A DNA stretch of 64,000 bases from an uncultured Spirochaetota bacterium (GCA_963734545.1 CAVTHO010000009.1:256001-320000), one strand, 5' to 3'; shown: positions 1-11,899, counted from the first letter of the stretch. Numbers and translations are program-made. The notes: generated by a model not told the origin, from the sequence alone.

Positions 1-170
1 GCCGAAATGAGGGCGCGCGGGGCGCGCCAGGGGCGGCTGTTCACCGCCGCGGCCAGCCTTTCGTAGGCTGCCGCGGAAGGGCTCCGGGCTCGCGGCCGCT
101 CCTGGCGGCATTCCTGTCTACGCTTGACCGTTTGGGAACCATGGTTTACCCTGACACCAAGAGGCGCGGA

Positions 171-648
171 GTGGCAATAAAAGACCCGGATATCTTCAGG
201 ATCATAGAGAAGATCGGCGATCACTTCTTGAACAATGTGTCCAACCGGTTCATCCGCAAGGCGCTTGTGGTTCTCGAGCTTCCGCAGGCGGAGTGGGATC
301 GCCTGGAGAACCTCACCAACAAGACGGAGTACTATAAGCAGAACGGCTTCTCATATGACGAGCTGTACGAGATGGTCCTTGCAGCGGCGCACTTCATCTC
401 CCAGGCGCGGCAGAAGATGGTCCCCAACATCAAGGGGATGCTGGCCCAGGCGGGAAACGAAAAGGACAAGGTCCTGCGTGACATGGCCGCGCAGAACTTC
501 CCCGTGAATCTCGCCATCCTCTCGGACCTGATCAACGAGCTGTACATGAAGACCACCGAGCTCGACACGGTCCGAGCACGAGAAGAAGCGCCCTGTCTTC
601 GAACGCATCCCCGAGCTGAAGGACATAGGCAAGCTCCTGGTGAGCTAG
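171..648 (+). CDS. conserved hypothetical protein (helical, about 160 aa; 1-bp frameshift near 575)
   Basis: ORF 132..695 has protein-like composition from GTG 171 (VAIKDPDIFRII...). After a shift near 575 another frame reads EHEKKRPVFERIPELKDIGKLLVS-TAG(648). Confidence 0.6.
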
Positions 649-708
649 GCGCGGCGCCCAAATCCGCGGACTACCGCGGTCACGGTACTCTGTGACATTC
701 GCGGCGCC

Positions 709-1995
709 CTAAAGCTTCTCCGCCGCGGCGTAGATCAGGTCGTACAGCTCCTGCAGCTTCTCCACGTCCACGCTGGAGAACGCGACGCGGAGGCAGGTGT
801 CGTCCACCGCTATGGTGCCCACGCCGTCTCCCATGAGCAGCGCCTTCCTGAGGTCCTCCGCTTTTCCTCGATGCAGCCGGAAGCTCATGAAGTATCCCGA
901 GTTGAAGGGGAGAGGGCTGATGGCAGTGCTCTTCTTTTTCGAGAGGATCTCTCGGGCACGCTCGTAACGCTGCCTCAGGAGCCGGCCCGCTTCCTTCTTC
1001 TCCGGCTCTCTGTCAGGACTCTCCATGGCGTGCAGGATCAGGTTCTGCGCCAGAACGCTGGAATTCGATACGGTGGAGCGCACGGCGCCCATCAGCTTGC
1101 GGGTGAGGGCGTCATACTGTTCAGGTGAGAGCCCCCGCGCGCCGAGGGTGATGAATCCCGTGCGGAAGCCCCAGGTGAGATCCTCCTTGGTGGAGCCGTC
1201 CACCTTGGCCGCAAGGACATTCTCGTGCAGTCCGCACAACCGCGCAAAGAGCGACTGGGCGTAGATCCCTTCCTCGTAGAAAAGGCCGAAGTACGCGTCA
1301 TCCATGATGACCAGGCAGTGCGTGCCGGACTCGGCGGCATCCTTGATAACCGCAACCACCTCATCTGCTTCTTTCTTCATGAGGGAATAGCCGGTCGGGT
1401 TGTTGGGGAAGTTCAGGATCAGCGCAATTCTGCCCGCGCCAGAGGCCTTCTTGACGGCGCCGCGCAGACCCTCAACGTTGAACGTGCCCGTGGACGAATA
1501 AAACGGGAAAGCAGAAATGACCGCCTGGCGCCGGGTTTCGAATATGAGCGGATAGTTGTCCCAGTGCAGGTCAGGAAGGATCAGTATGTCTCCCTTGTCT
1601 ACGAAAAGATCGGCCAGCGTGGAGATGCCGCAGGTAAGGCCCGGCGACGACGAGCGGAAGGGAGAAGGAGGTGGACCCGATGTCCGGGTTCTTGCGAATG
1701 ATCTCCTTCTTCCACATCTCCCGAAGCTTTTCCACGCCCTGGGTGGGTGCATACGGGAAGATCTCGTCCGGTTCGAGCCCGGGCACCAGGGAACGGATTG
1801 TCTGCAGGAAGAGCGGCTTCCCGCGCTTGTGGCGATGCCGACGGTGGCATTGGCACGCGTGGCGTGCTTCTTGGCCTCGGCGGACTGCGCGACAATCCCC
1901 TTGGGGAAAAACAAGCGTCTGCCCAGCTCGGACAACAGGGCGTCGGCGACGCTTCCCTTCAATACGGCATTCAACTCTGACGCAAGCGGGTGCAT
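709..1995 (-). CDS. PLP-dependent aminotransferase class I/II (frameshifted in N-terminal third)
   Basis: Motifs LNFPNNPTGY, DDAY and KVDGSTKE..WGFRTG (PLP lysine). The missing piece (IFPYAPTQG...) is in overlapping ORF 1571..1786. Confidence 0.9.
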   Translation of the reverse strand: MHPLASELNAVLKGSVADALLSELGRRLFFPKGIVAQSAEAKKHATRANATVGIATSAGSRSSCRQSVPWCPGSNRTRSSRMHPPRAWKSFGRCGRRRSFARTRTSGPPPSPFRSSSPGLTCGISTLADLFVDKGDILILPDLHWDNYPLIFETRRQAVISAFPFYSSTGTFNVEGLRGAVKKASGAGRIALILNFPNNPTGYSLMKKEADEVVAVIKDAAESGTHCLVIMDDAYFGLFYEEGIYAQSLFARLCGLHENVLAAKVDGSTKEDLTWGFRTGFITLGARGLSPEQYDALTRKLMGAVRSTVSNSSVLAQNLILHAMESPDREPEKKEAGRLLRQRYERAREILSKKKSTAISPLPFNSGYFMSFRLHRGKAEDLRKALLMGDGVGTIAVDDTCLRVAFSSVDVEKLQELYDLIYAAAEKL

Positions 1996-2071
1996 TCCTG
2001 GTTTATACGGGAGCGCGGCGGGACTGTCAACGTTCCCGCTGCCGCCCACCCCCGGCTCACGCCCGGCCCGC

Positions 2072-2137
2072 TTGACTCGCGACAGCCAATCAGGCTACAA
2101 AATTGTAACTTTTAGCTAGCGAATTTACATTTATGTA
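2072..2137 (+). promoter_or_regulatory. putative sigma70-like promoter overlapped by two TACA-N4-TGTA inverted repeats upstream of the NifA-like gene
   Basis: TTGACT at 2072-2077; TACAAAATTGTA at 2096-2107 and TACATTTATGTA at 2126-2137, 30 bp apart in an AT-rich island. Confidence 0.5.
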
Positions 2138-2155
2138 GGTTCGCCGGAGGTGGGC

Positions 2156-3727
<1,572 letters not shown>

Positions 3728-3730
3728 ACC

Positions 3731-3746
3731 TGGCACGAACCTTGCA
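3731..3746 (+). promoter_or_regulatory. sigma54 (-24/-12) promoter of amtB-glnK
   Basis: TGGCAC-GAACC-TTGCA is an exact TGGCAC-N5-TTGCW consensus, 37 bp upstream of the amtB ATG. Confidence 0.85.
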
Positions 3747-3783
3747 TATGAAGGGCAACGATACTTCGTGCAAGGAGGGTTCA

Positions 3784-5027
3784 ATGCCTGCTATCAATTA
3801 TGGCGACACCGCCTGGATGCTCGTTTCAACGGCGCTTGTCATGGCCATGACAGCTCCAGGGCTTGCCATGTTCTACGGCGGCCTCGTGCGTCGAAAGAAC
3901 GTGCTGTCCACGATGATGCAGTCTTTCTTCATTCTCTGTCTGATCAGCGTCCAGTGGGTGCTGTGGGGATACAGCCTGGCATTCGGGCCGGACGCGGGGC
4001 ATGTCATCGGCAACCTGTCCTGGTTCGCCCTGAACGGAGTGGGCCTGGCGCCGAACGCCGACTACGCGGCCACGATCCCCCACCAGCTCTTCATGGTCTA
4101 CCAGATGATGTTTGCAGTCATCACGCCGGCGCTCATCACGGGAGCTTTCGCAGAGAGAATCAAGTTCTCGACCTTCGTCGTCTTCACGCTCCTGTGGGCA
4201 ACGCTCGTGTATGACCCCATCGCGCACTGGGTGTGGGGCAAGGACGGATGGCTGCACAACCTGGGTGCCCTCGACTTTGCGGGCGGAACGGTCGTGCACA
4301 TTTCCTCGGGGATTTCTGCCCTCGTCTTCGCCCTGGTGATTGGAAAGAGGGCCGGGTTTCCCAAGATCACTCCGGCACCTCACAACATGACGTACACCCT
4401 CATCGGCGCGGCCCTGCTCTGGTTCGGCTGGTTCGGGTTCAACGCGGGCAGCGCCCTTGCGGCGAATGAGCTGGCCGTCAGCGCATTCATCAACACGAAC
4501 ACGGCCACTGCCATGGCGGGTCTGGCATGGATCATCATTGACTGGTTCGTCACCAAGAAGCCCACGGTGCTCGGCGCTGCCACGGGCGCGGTTGCAGGAT
4601 TGGTCGCCATCACGCCGGCCGCGGGGTTCGTCACCCCGATGGGCTCCATTGCAATCGGTATCGCGGTCGCCATCGTCTGCTACATCGCCGTTGCCGTGAT
4701 CAAGGGGAAACTGGGCTACGATGATTCCCTGGACGCATTCGGCGTGCATGGAGTGGGAGGAACGGTGGGAGCGCTGCTCACCGGCGTCTTCGCCTCCAAG
4801 CTGATCAACTCAGCCGGCGCCGACGGGGGCATATTCGGCAACTGGAAGCAGCGTGGGCACACAGGCCATCGCCGTTGCTGGCGGTCATCGCCTACGCGGC
4901 GATCGTCACGCTCATCCTCACAAAGGTGCTCGACTGGATCATGGGCCTGCGCGTGAAGAGCGAGGATGAGGCCATCGGCCTCGACAACACCCAGCACAAA
5001 GAGAGCGCCTACACGCTCATCGACTGA
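3784..5027 (+). CDS. amtB: ammonium transporter AmtB (frameshift near 4855)
   Basis: GDTAWML, PGLAMFYGG, FQ/YQMMFAVITPALI, DFAGGTVVH, WFGWFGFNAGS, DDSLDAFGVHG; C-terminus GLDNTQHKESAY in a shifted frame. Confidence 0.95.
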
Positions 5028-5038
5028 GGGAGGAAGCC

Positions 5039-5381
5039 ATGAAACTTGATCATAGCGATCATACAACCGCACAAGCTCGACGACGTGATGCGCGAGCTGG
5101 ACGCGCAGGAGATACACCTCAAGACCGTCACAAACGTGCTGGGGTGCGGGCGGCAGAAGGGCGTCACGGAGGTCTACCGCGGAGTCAAGGAGGCGGGCAC
5201 CCTTCTCAAGAAGGTGCGCATAGAAATTGGGGTCAACGACGCCTTCGTGCAGCCGACCGTGGACGCCATCATCAAAGGCGCGCGCACCGGCAACATCGGG
5301 GACGGAAAGATATTCGTTCTCCCCATGGAAGAGTGCATCCGTATCCGCAGCGGGGAAAAAGGAAAAGTAGCCATCGGGTGA
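5039..5381 (+). CDS. glnK: P-II family nitrogen regulator (1-bp frameshift at 5' end)
   Basis: [41 protein letters not shown]; directly downstream of amtB. Confidence 0.9.
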
Positions 5382-5389
5382 AAGTAATG

Positions 5390-5428
5390 GCGGGGGAGCG
5401 GCTTGCGCCCTCCCCCGCTCCTCTCTCT
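5390..5428 (+). terminator. possible terminator hairpin after glnK
   Basis: Stem GCGGGGGAG/CTCCCCCGC followed by a pyrimidine run (not a clean U-tract). Confidence 0.4.
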
Positions 5429-5489
5429 CGGGGATCAGCACGCGACAGCCGGGCGCACCGGCTTCACCCAACCGCATGCGGCCTCCGCC

Positions 5490-5518
5490 TTGACAGGCGG
5501 CGTCGGCAGTTGTATAAG
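5490..5518 (+). promoter_or_regulatory. sigma70-type promoter
   Basis: TTGACA-N17-TATAAG upstream of the DUF362 gene. Confidence 0.55.
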
Positions 5519-5655
5519 GGCGCATCTCGTAAACGTTCCCGATTGTCCGATTGATGTCCACGGTCATCGCCATCACGACCGAAGCCGTTTTCCTTTTCGC
5601 CGCGCCGTCCGCCTCGGGCCTGCTCCTGGACGCGTTTGGAATGAGGGACTGAAAA

Positions 5656-6822
5656 GTGTCGGGCAGCGTCTCACTCGTGCGGTGCAGTGACTATGATTTC
5701 CCGAGAGTCAAGGCATCGGTGAGGCAGGGTCTCGAGCTGCTCGGCGGAATTTCCGCCTTCGTCAAGCCCGGCGAGCGGGTGCTGCTCAAGGTGAACCTGC
5801 TCATCAGGAGAAAGCCCGAGAAAGCGACGACCACTCACCCTGCCGTTGCACGGGCGCTCGCCGAGCTGGTCAGGGAGGCCGGCGGCAAACCCGTCATCGG
5901 CGACAGTCCAGGGGGGCGCCATTTCTACACTGCCAGCACCCTTCGATCGGTCTACGAGACCTGCGGCATGACCGAGGCGGCGCGGGAGAGCGGCGCGGAG
6001 CTGAACTGGGATACCGAGGTGGTCGAGGTTCCCTATCCCGAGGGCAGGCGCGTCAAGCTGGTCAAAACGATCAGGCCCGTGCGCGAGGTGGATAAGATCA
6101 TCAGCGTGTCCAAGCTCAAGACCCATGGGATGACCGTCTACAGCGGCGCCGTGAAAAACCTCTTCGGCATAGTCCCCGGCCGGTACAAGGGCGAGTATCA
6201 CCTGAGATTCGAGGACGTGGACGATTTTGCCGACCTCCTGGTCGATCTCTGCCTGTTCGCAAAGCCCGTGCTCTCCGTCATGGACGCGGTGGTCGGCATG
6301 GAAGGCTACGGGCCGACGAGCGGAAGGCCGCGCGCGGTAGGGCTGATCATTTCCAGCCCGGATCCCTATGCCCTCGACGTGGTGGCGGCTGAAATCATCG
6401 GCCTGAAGGGCCGGCAGGTCCCGACTATCAGGAAGTCCGCCGAGCGGGGCTTGTGTCCCTTGCACGCAGAGCAGCTGACCGTGGTGGGAGAGCGGGTCCC
6501 GGATGTTGCGGTCCCGACTTTCAGCAAACCGACGGTCAGGATAGCCCTGAACTACTACGGACTGCTGCTCCCCGCGGGCTTGAAACGATGGATGGACAAT
6601 CTGGTCAAGCCGAAACCGCGACTGAATGCGGACGCCTGCAGCGGATGCGGCGAGTGCGAAGAAGCATGTCCCCCGAAGGCCATTACGATGATGGATCAAA
6701 GACCTTCGGTGAATCTTGACGCGTGCATCCGCTGTTTCTGCTGCAACGAGCTGTGCCCTCGCGGGGCGTTCGCCATCGCCCGGCCGTGGTTCCTGCGGCT
6801 GCTCCTGCGCGGCAGCGAATGA
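5656..6822 (+). CDS. DUF362 domain protein with C-terminal 2x[4Fe-4S] ferredoxin domain
   Basis: VLLKVNLL...TTHPAV, KLKTH..T.YSGAVKNLFG, DAVVGMEGYGP; two CxxCxxCxxxCP motifs. Confidence 0.85.
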   Translation: MSGSVSLVRCSDYDFPRVKASVRQGLELLGGISAFVKPGERVLLKVNLLIRRKPEKATTTHPAVARALAELVREAGGKPVIGDSPGGRHFYTASTLRSVYETCGMTEAARESGAELNWDTEVVEVPYPEGRRVKLVKTIRPVREVDKIISVSKLKTHGMTVYSGAVKNLFGIVPGRYKGEYHLRFEDVDDFADLLVDLCLFAKPVLSVMDAVVGMEGYGPTSGRPRAVGLIISSPDPYALDVVAAEIIGLKGRQVPTIRKSAERGLCPLHAEQLTVVGERVPDVAVPTFSKPTVRIALNYYGLLLPAGLKRWMDNLVKPKPRLNADACSGCGECEEACPPKAITMMDQRPSVNLDACIRCFCCNELCPRGAFAIARPWFLRLLLRGSE

Positions 6823-6863
6823 GCCGGGCGAGAGGCTCGTGTCCTCCCCCCGCTCCTCTTCCT

Positions 6864-8444
6864 TCAGAAATCCTTCTCCACGTACTCCAGGAAATCGAAG
6901 TCCGCGTGGAGTCCCCTGCCGGACAGGTCCTGGCAGCAGAGGGCCGCGAATGCACCGGTGAAGCCGCAGGGGACCGCGTGCTCGTCGGAAAGTATCGACG
7001 CATCCATCTCCCACCCGATCCGGGCCCAGGTGTTCCCGCCGGGAGAGTAGCGGAAGCTCAGCCTCTCGTGGTCCATGTCGAAACCGAGGAAGACCCGGTT
7101 CCAGCCTTCCACGGGAATCTCCTTCTCCACCGGGTATGAAAGAACGCCGCGCTCGCAGCGCATGAGGCCGAGGCACCTGGAAGCGTGCGCCGCCCGGCTG
7201 ATGTAGAGATAGTAGAAGCTGTCGGTGCTGTAGAAAGCGGCAAGCCCGGCAAGCTGGTGGATGGACGGGGGCTGGAACTCGACGCACGTCGAAACGGAGA
7301 CCTTGAACGCGCTGATGCGACGCGCGACTATCGCCTGCCGGAAGTTCGAGAGAATGCTTTCCCGGCCCTTCAGCCTCAGATAGCCCGGCCTCTCGGTCAG
7401 GCTCATCAGCGAGTCATCCAGGGGAACGCGAAGAGACTGGTAGCACGGACGAAGGATCGGGGCCTCGAAGTCATCACGCGAGGGCTCCGTTTCCCATTCG
7501 CGCGTGGGAAGGTCCGGGCCAGCGAACTCCAGGGTGGGCGACCGCCCGCCCTGCTTCAGACGCAGCCATCCATTCTGGGTCCATTCCACAGCCTGGAGAG
7601 AGGTCTCCCGGCCCAGGACCGATCTCCCGTTCGCCAGCGGGCGGCGGCAGAGATAAGCCATGACCCACTCGCCTCCCTGGGTTTCCACGAGACTCCCGTG
7701 CCCGGCGCTCTGGAGGGGAAAAGCGGGATCGTGCGCCGAGGTGAGGAGCGGATTGCCCGGCATCACCGTGTAGGGGCCGCGGAGCCGCGCCGACCGTGCC
7801 ACGCTGACGGCATGCGTGGTGAATGTGCCCCCTTCCGCGGTTACCAGGTAGTAGAAGCCGTTCCGCTTGTACAGGTGGGGGCCTTCCACGAGACCAAGCT
7901 CCGTTCCGCCGAAGATCAGCGATTCCTCTCCGACCAGCCGCCGCTGCTCGGGGCAGTACTCTTGCAGAAGGATTCCTCCGAATCCATTCTGGGCGGGTCG
8001 GTAATCCCACAGCACATTGACCAGATACTTTCTTCCGTCGGGATCGTGGAAAAGGGACGCATCGAAACCCGAGCTGTTGAGGTAGACCGGATCTGACCAG
8101 GGGCCCTCGATGGAGGCAGACGTGGTGAGATAGTTATGACAGTCCTTGACCTGCCCCGCCCAGCGCTTCATGTCGGTGTACACGAGATGGAAAAGGCCGT
8201 CGGACCAGCTCAGGCACGGAGCCCAGACGCCGCCGGAGTTCGGATTGCCGCGCATGTCCAGGAGGTCGGGCCGGTCCAGGGGCCGGGCGGCAAGGCGCCA
8301 GTGCTCGAGATCCCGAGAGTGATGGATACAGACGCCCGGAAACCATTCGAATGTCGAGGTGGCGATATAGTAGTCGTCCTCCACGCGCAGGAGGGAAGGG
8401 TCAGGATTGAACCCGCGCAGAATGGGATTGCGAATTACGCGCAT
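6864..8444 (-). CDS. GH43 beta-xylosidase/arabinofuranosidase
   Basis: NPILRGFNPDPS, YYIATSTFEWFPG, GGVWAP, GFDASLFHD, EGPHLYK, LGRET, C-terminal concanavalin-like domain ending FTGAF. Confidence 0.92.
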   Translation of the reverse strand: MRVIRNPILRGFNPDPSLLRVEDDYYIATSTFEWFPGVCIHHSRDLEHWRLAARPLDRPDLLDMRGNPNSGGVWAPCLSWSDGLFHLVYTDMKRWAGQVKDCHNYLTTSASIEGPWSDPVYLNSSGFDASLFHDPDGRKYLVNVLWDYRPAQNGFGGILLQEYCPEQRRLVGEESLIFGGTELGLVEGPHLYKRNGFYYLVTAEGGTFTTHAVSVARSARLRGPYTVMPGNPLLTSAHDPAFPLQSAGHGSLVETQGGEWVMAYLCRRPLANGRSVLGRETSLQAVEWTQNGWLRLKQGGRSPTLEFAGPDLPTREWETEPSRDDFEAPILRPCYQSLRVPLDDSLMSLTERPGYLRLKGRESILSNFRQAIVARRISAFKVSVSTCVEFQPPSIHQLAGLAAFYSTDSFYYLYISRAAHASRCLGLMRCERGVLSYPVEKEIPVEGWNRVFLGFDMDHERLSFRYSPGGNTWARIGWEMDASILSDEHAVPCGFTGAFAALCCQDLSGRGLHADFDFLEYVEKDF

Positions 8445-8472
8445 CTTGTTGCTCTGTGCCGGCTCTTCACGC

Positions 8473-8637
8473 TCATCCCTTGACTGCCCCTCCTGTAAGG
8501 CCTGCCACCATATACTTCTGGGCAAAGATGAAGAGCAGGATCGCGGGCATCATGGCGGAGTCAGGTAGCCGAGGACGAGGTTCCCGCCCGTCGAATGCTC
8601 GCCCATGAAATCCATGACGCCCATTGGAAGTGTGAAT
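8473..8637 (-). pseudogene. C-terminal relic of a carbohydrate ABC transporter permease
   Basis: Reads FTLPMGVMDFMGEHSTGGNLVLGYLT/AMMPAILLFIFAQKYMVAGLTGGAVKG-stop, the typical MalG-type permease end; the rest of the gene is absent. Confidence 0.75.
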
Positions 8638-8740
8638 CCCAGGCCGCTCGCTTTCGCCGAGACTACCGCACGTCGGAAGACCCTGAAATCGGATAAATGC
8701 CGGATTCATGGATAGGTGGTATTGCCTACCGCCGGAAGGC

Positions 8741-10147
8741 CTATACTCCTTCCCTCTGTTCGATGGAAGAAAGCTCGACTGCCACGGCGGCATCGTCCCA
8801 GCGCTCGACGAGTATCTTGCGCTTCCAGACGCCGGACCTCCATCGGAGCGTCATGATGATGCCCCTGACCCATTCATCCAGGCACATCGCACCCCACAAT
8901 CCGACGAGTCCGAGCCCGAGCCTTACTCCGGCGAGCCATGCCCCGAACGTCCCTATGAGCATCATTGAGACGATGGCCAGGACCACGGGAAAGCGTACGT
9001 CGCCCGCCCCCTTCAGCGCGGGATTGATGATCGTGTTGAAATTCCTGCCGGGCTCGTGGACCAGGGAGATGAAAAGGATCGTGGCGGCGAGACCGATGAT
9101 CTCCTGGTCCTGCGTGAAAAGGCCGACGATCGGCGACTCGAACAACTTCACTCCTATGACGAATACGAGTGAGATGAGGAATCCCGCGCCGAAGTATCGA
9201 TACACTCGTTTCTCGGCCTCGGCCTGCCTGCCTGCCCCCACGTAGTAGCCGACCTTGATCTGGGCAGCCGAGCCTATCGAAATACCGGGCATGAACACAA
9301 AGCGCAGCACGGCGATGAGTATTCCATACGTCGCGAGCGCCTGCGTGCCCATCCCGGCGATCATGGACAGGATGAGGATCTGTGAAAGATTGTACGTGAG
9401 GTACTCGCCCGCAGTGGGCACGCCCACGGCGACGACCGCTCTGTAGACGGAGCGCGGAACCTGCCGGATCTCGCCGAACGGAAGCGCGACCTCCTTCTTC
9501 CGCCGAATGATCAGGGCGTACAACGCGCACGCCACGGCCTGGCTGGCCACCGTGGATGCCGCGACGCCGACCACGCCGAGCACGGGGAACCCGAACGGGC
9601 CGAAGAGGCAGAGGGCGTTGCCGCTCACGGTCAGGACGAGAGCGACGATGTTGACGATCATCGGGTCCCGCGGATGCCCCCATGCGCGCAGGATGCTGGC
9701 CTGCGTAATGTTGAAGGCCATGAAGAATGACAATCCGCCGTAGATGATGAGGAACTGGCGGGCGTACAGGGCCACCAGGGGGTCGAGGCGGTAGAAACGA
9801 AGGACAGGCCCCGCGATTGCGGCGACAATCCCGGAAAGGACGAGGGAAAACGCAACGACCAGGCTGAGGCTGCCGATTCCCACCAGACCCGCCTCGCGAC
9901 GCCTTCCGGCACCGAGGTTCTGGGTGATGAGGATGCTCGCACCGATGGCCACCATCGTGTAGAGAAGCTGAATGAAGAAAGCGAACTGGTTGACCAGGCT
10001 CATCGCGGCAACGGCATCCCGGGAGAACCTGCTGAGCATGAAGGTGTCCACGCTCATCAGGGAGGTGCGCAGGGTGTTTTCCACCAGGATCGGCCATGCG
10101 AGCGTCAGGAGAGGAATGCGGGTTCTGTCGGTGAGCGCGGCTTGCAT
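8741..10147 (-). CDS. MATE family efflux transporter
   Basis: LAWPILVE...VDTFMLS, two MatE repeats, ALKGAGDVRFP, GLGLVGLW. Confidence 0.9.
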   Translation of the reverse strand: MQAALTDRTRIPLLTLAWPILVENTLRTSLMSVDTFMLSRFSRDAVAAMSLVNQFAFFIQLLYTMVAIGASILITQNLGAGRRREAGLVGIGSLSLVVAFSLVLSGIVAAIAGPVLRFYRLDPLVALYARQFLIIYGGLSFFMAFNITQASILRAWGHPRDPMIVNIVALVLTVSGNALCLFGPFGFPVLGVVGVAASTVASQAVACALYALIIRRKKEVALPFGEIRQVPRSVYRAVVAVGVPTAGEYLTYNLSQILILSMIAGMGTQALATYGILIAVLRFVFMPGISIGSAAQIKVGYYVGAGRQAEAEKRVYRYFGAGFLISLVFVIGVKLFESPIVGLFTQDQEIIGLAATILFISLVHEPGRNFNTIINPALKGAGDVRFPVVLAIVSMMLIGTFGAWLAGVRLGLGLVGLWGAMCLDEWVRGIIMTLRWRSGVWKRKILVERWDDAAVAVELSSIEQREGV

Positions 10148-10255
10148 GTGGGGCCTGCAGCTTACCTGCTTCGAAACGGAGCCACAAGCGCCAGGAGCCC
10201 TTCGGCCAGGAGGAACGGCGCGAGGCAGTTGACCGCGAAGCGGAGTAGCAGGAAC

Positions 10256-11050
10256 TCAGTCCATGTAGTAGCCGCCGTTGATGTTGACGGTTTCCCCATT
10301 GATGAACGCGGCGTCGTCGGAGGCGAGAAAGCAGATGAGATGCGAGATGTCCTCCACCGTCCCGAGCCTGCGCACCGGAATGGACGCCGCCGCCTTCGCC
10401 TTCTTCTCATCGGTCCAGTATTTCATCATTTCCGTCATGACCGCATGCGGGAGCAATGGCATTGCAGGTGACGCCGAACTGCCCCAGCCGCCGGCCGACG
10501 GACCGGGTCAGGCTGATGACCGCCCCCTTGCTCGCTCCGTACACGAAGACCGTGGAGTTGTCACCGTTCTTGCCGGTGATGGAAGAGACATTGACGATGC
10601 GCCCGTACTTCTGGTCCTTCATGATGGGGGTGGCGGCGCGGATGGCGTACAAAATGCCCTTCACATTGATGTTCAGGGTCCTGTCGATGATGTCGTCCGT
10701 CGTTTCCTCGATGGTGCCGGGAAGCAGCAGTCCCGCGTTGTTCACGAGGATGTCCAGCCGCCCGAGCTCGTCTTTTGTGCGCGTGATCAGCATGTCGACC
10801 TGCGCGCGGTCCTGGATGTCGCACGCGATCACCATGACCTTGCCCGCGCCGCCGACCCGGATTGCGCCGCCGGACCGGCGGATTTTGCGTCGCTGCGGAT
10901 CAGGGCGGCGGTTTCCTCCAGGCCGGCCGCGTCGATGTCGGTGATCACCACGGCCGCGCCATCCCGGGCCATTTCCCGTGCGGTCGCCTGTCCCATCCCT
11001 TTTGCCGCGCCTGTGATGATCGCGGCCCTTCCCTCGAATCGTGCACCCAT
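10256..11050 (-). CDS. short-chain dehydrogenase/reductase (frameshifted)
   Basis: TGAAKGMG, LDILVNNAG, YGASKG (YxxxK), FINGETVNINGG across ORFs 10829, 10407 and 10256. Confidence 0.88.
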
Positions 11051-11092
11051 GAAATCCCTCTCCCTTCAGTTCGCTCAGTACGCCTGGTCTGC

Positions 11093-11890
11093 CTAGTACG
11101 CGCCGGTGCTCTTCTGGCCGCTCACAAGGAGGACGCCCGAGCTTGTTCCCAGACGCGTCGCCCCGGCCCCGATCATGGCAACGGCATCCTCGAAGCTGCG
11201 CACGCCTCCGGCTGCTTTGACGCCCATGGTCGGGCCGACAATGCGGCGCATGAGCGCAATGTCCGCGACCGTGGCCCCGCCCTTGTTGAATCCCGTGGAG
11301 GTCTTCACGAAATCCACGCCCACCTCTTTGGCGATCTGGCAGGCAAGGACCTTTTCCTCGTCGGTGAGCATGCAGGTTTCCAGTATCACCTTGAGGAGAA
11401 TGCCCATTCGGCACGCCCGGCGCACTGCAAGCATGTCCTCCCGCACCGTCTTCAGATCCCTGGCCTTCATGGCGCCCACGTTCATCACCATGTCGATCTC
11501 ACCGGCGCCGTTGGCGACGGCCGTCCGCGCTTCGAAGCTCTTCACACGGCTGTCCATGGCGCCGAGTGGAAAGCCGACAACAGCGCACACTTTCACTCCG
11601 GTTCCCCCCAGGCGCCGCGCGCAGTGCTCCACCCACCGGGAGTTCACGCATACCGAATAGAAATGATGCTCCGCTGCCTCGGCGCACAGCGTGGTGACCT
11701 GCTCTTCCGTGGCCTCGGGCTTCAGCAGCGTATGGTCGATATACCGCGCAAGATCCGAGGGCCGGAGATCGGAAGTGCGGGGAGCCTGAGCCGCCATGTG
11801 CGTCTCCTCTGCCGGGGACTTTGCTCCCTGCATGCCCAGGCGCGCCACGACCTCCGCCACGATTTTCTCGATCAACTGGTTCTGGTCCAC
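11093..11890 (-). CDS. deoC: deoxyribose-phosphate aldolase family protein with N-terminal encapsulation-peptide-like extension
   Basis: [54 protein letters not shown]; about 45 extra N-terminal residues starting [19 protein letters not shown]. Confidence 0.92.
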   Translation of the reverse strand: MDQNQLIEKIVAEVVARLGMQGAKSPAEETHMAAQAPRTSDLRPSDLARYIDHTLLKPEATEEQVTTLCAEAAEHHFYSVCVNSRWVEHCARRLGGTGVKVCAVVGFPLGAMDSRVKSFEARTAVANGAGEIDMVMNVGAMKARDLKTVREDMLAVRRACRMGILLKVILETCMLTDEEKVLACQIAKEVGVDFVKTSTGFNKGGATVADIALMRRIVGPTMGVKAAGGVRSFEDAVAMIGAGATRLGTSSGVLLVSGQKSTGAY

Positions 11891-11899
11891 TATTCTGCC

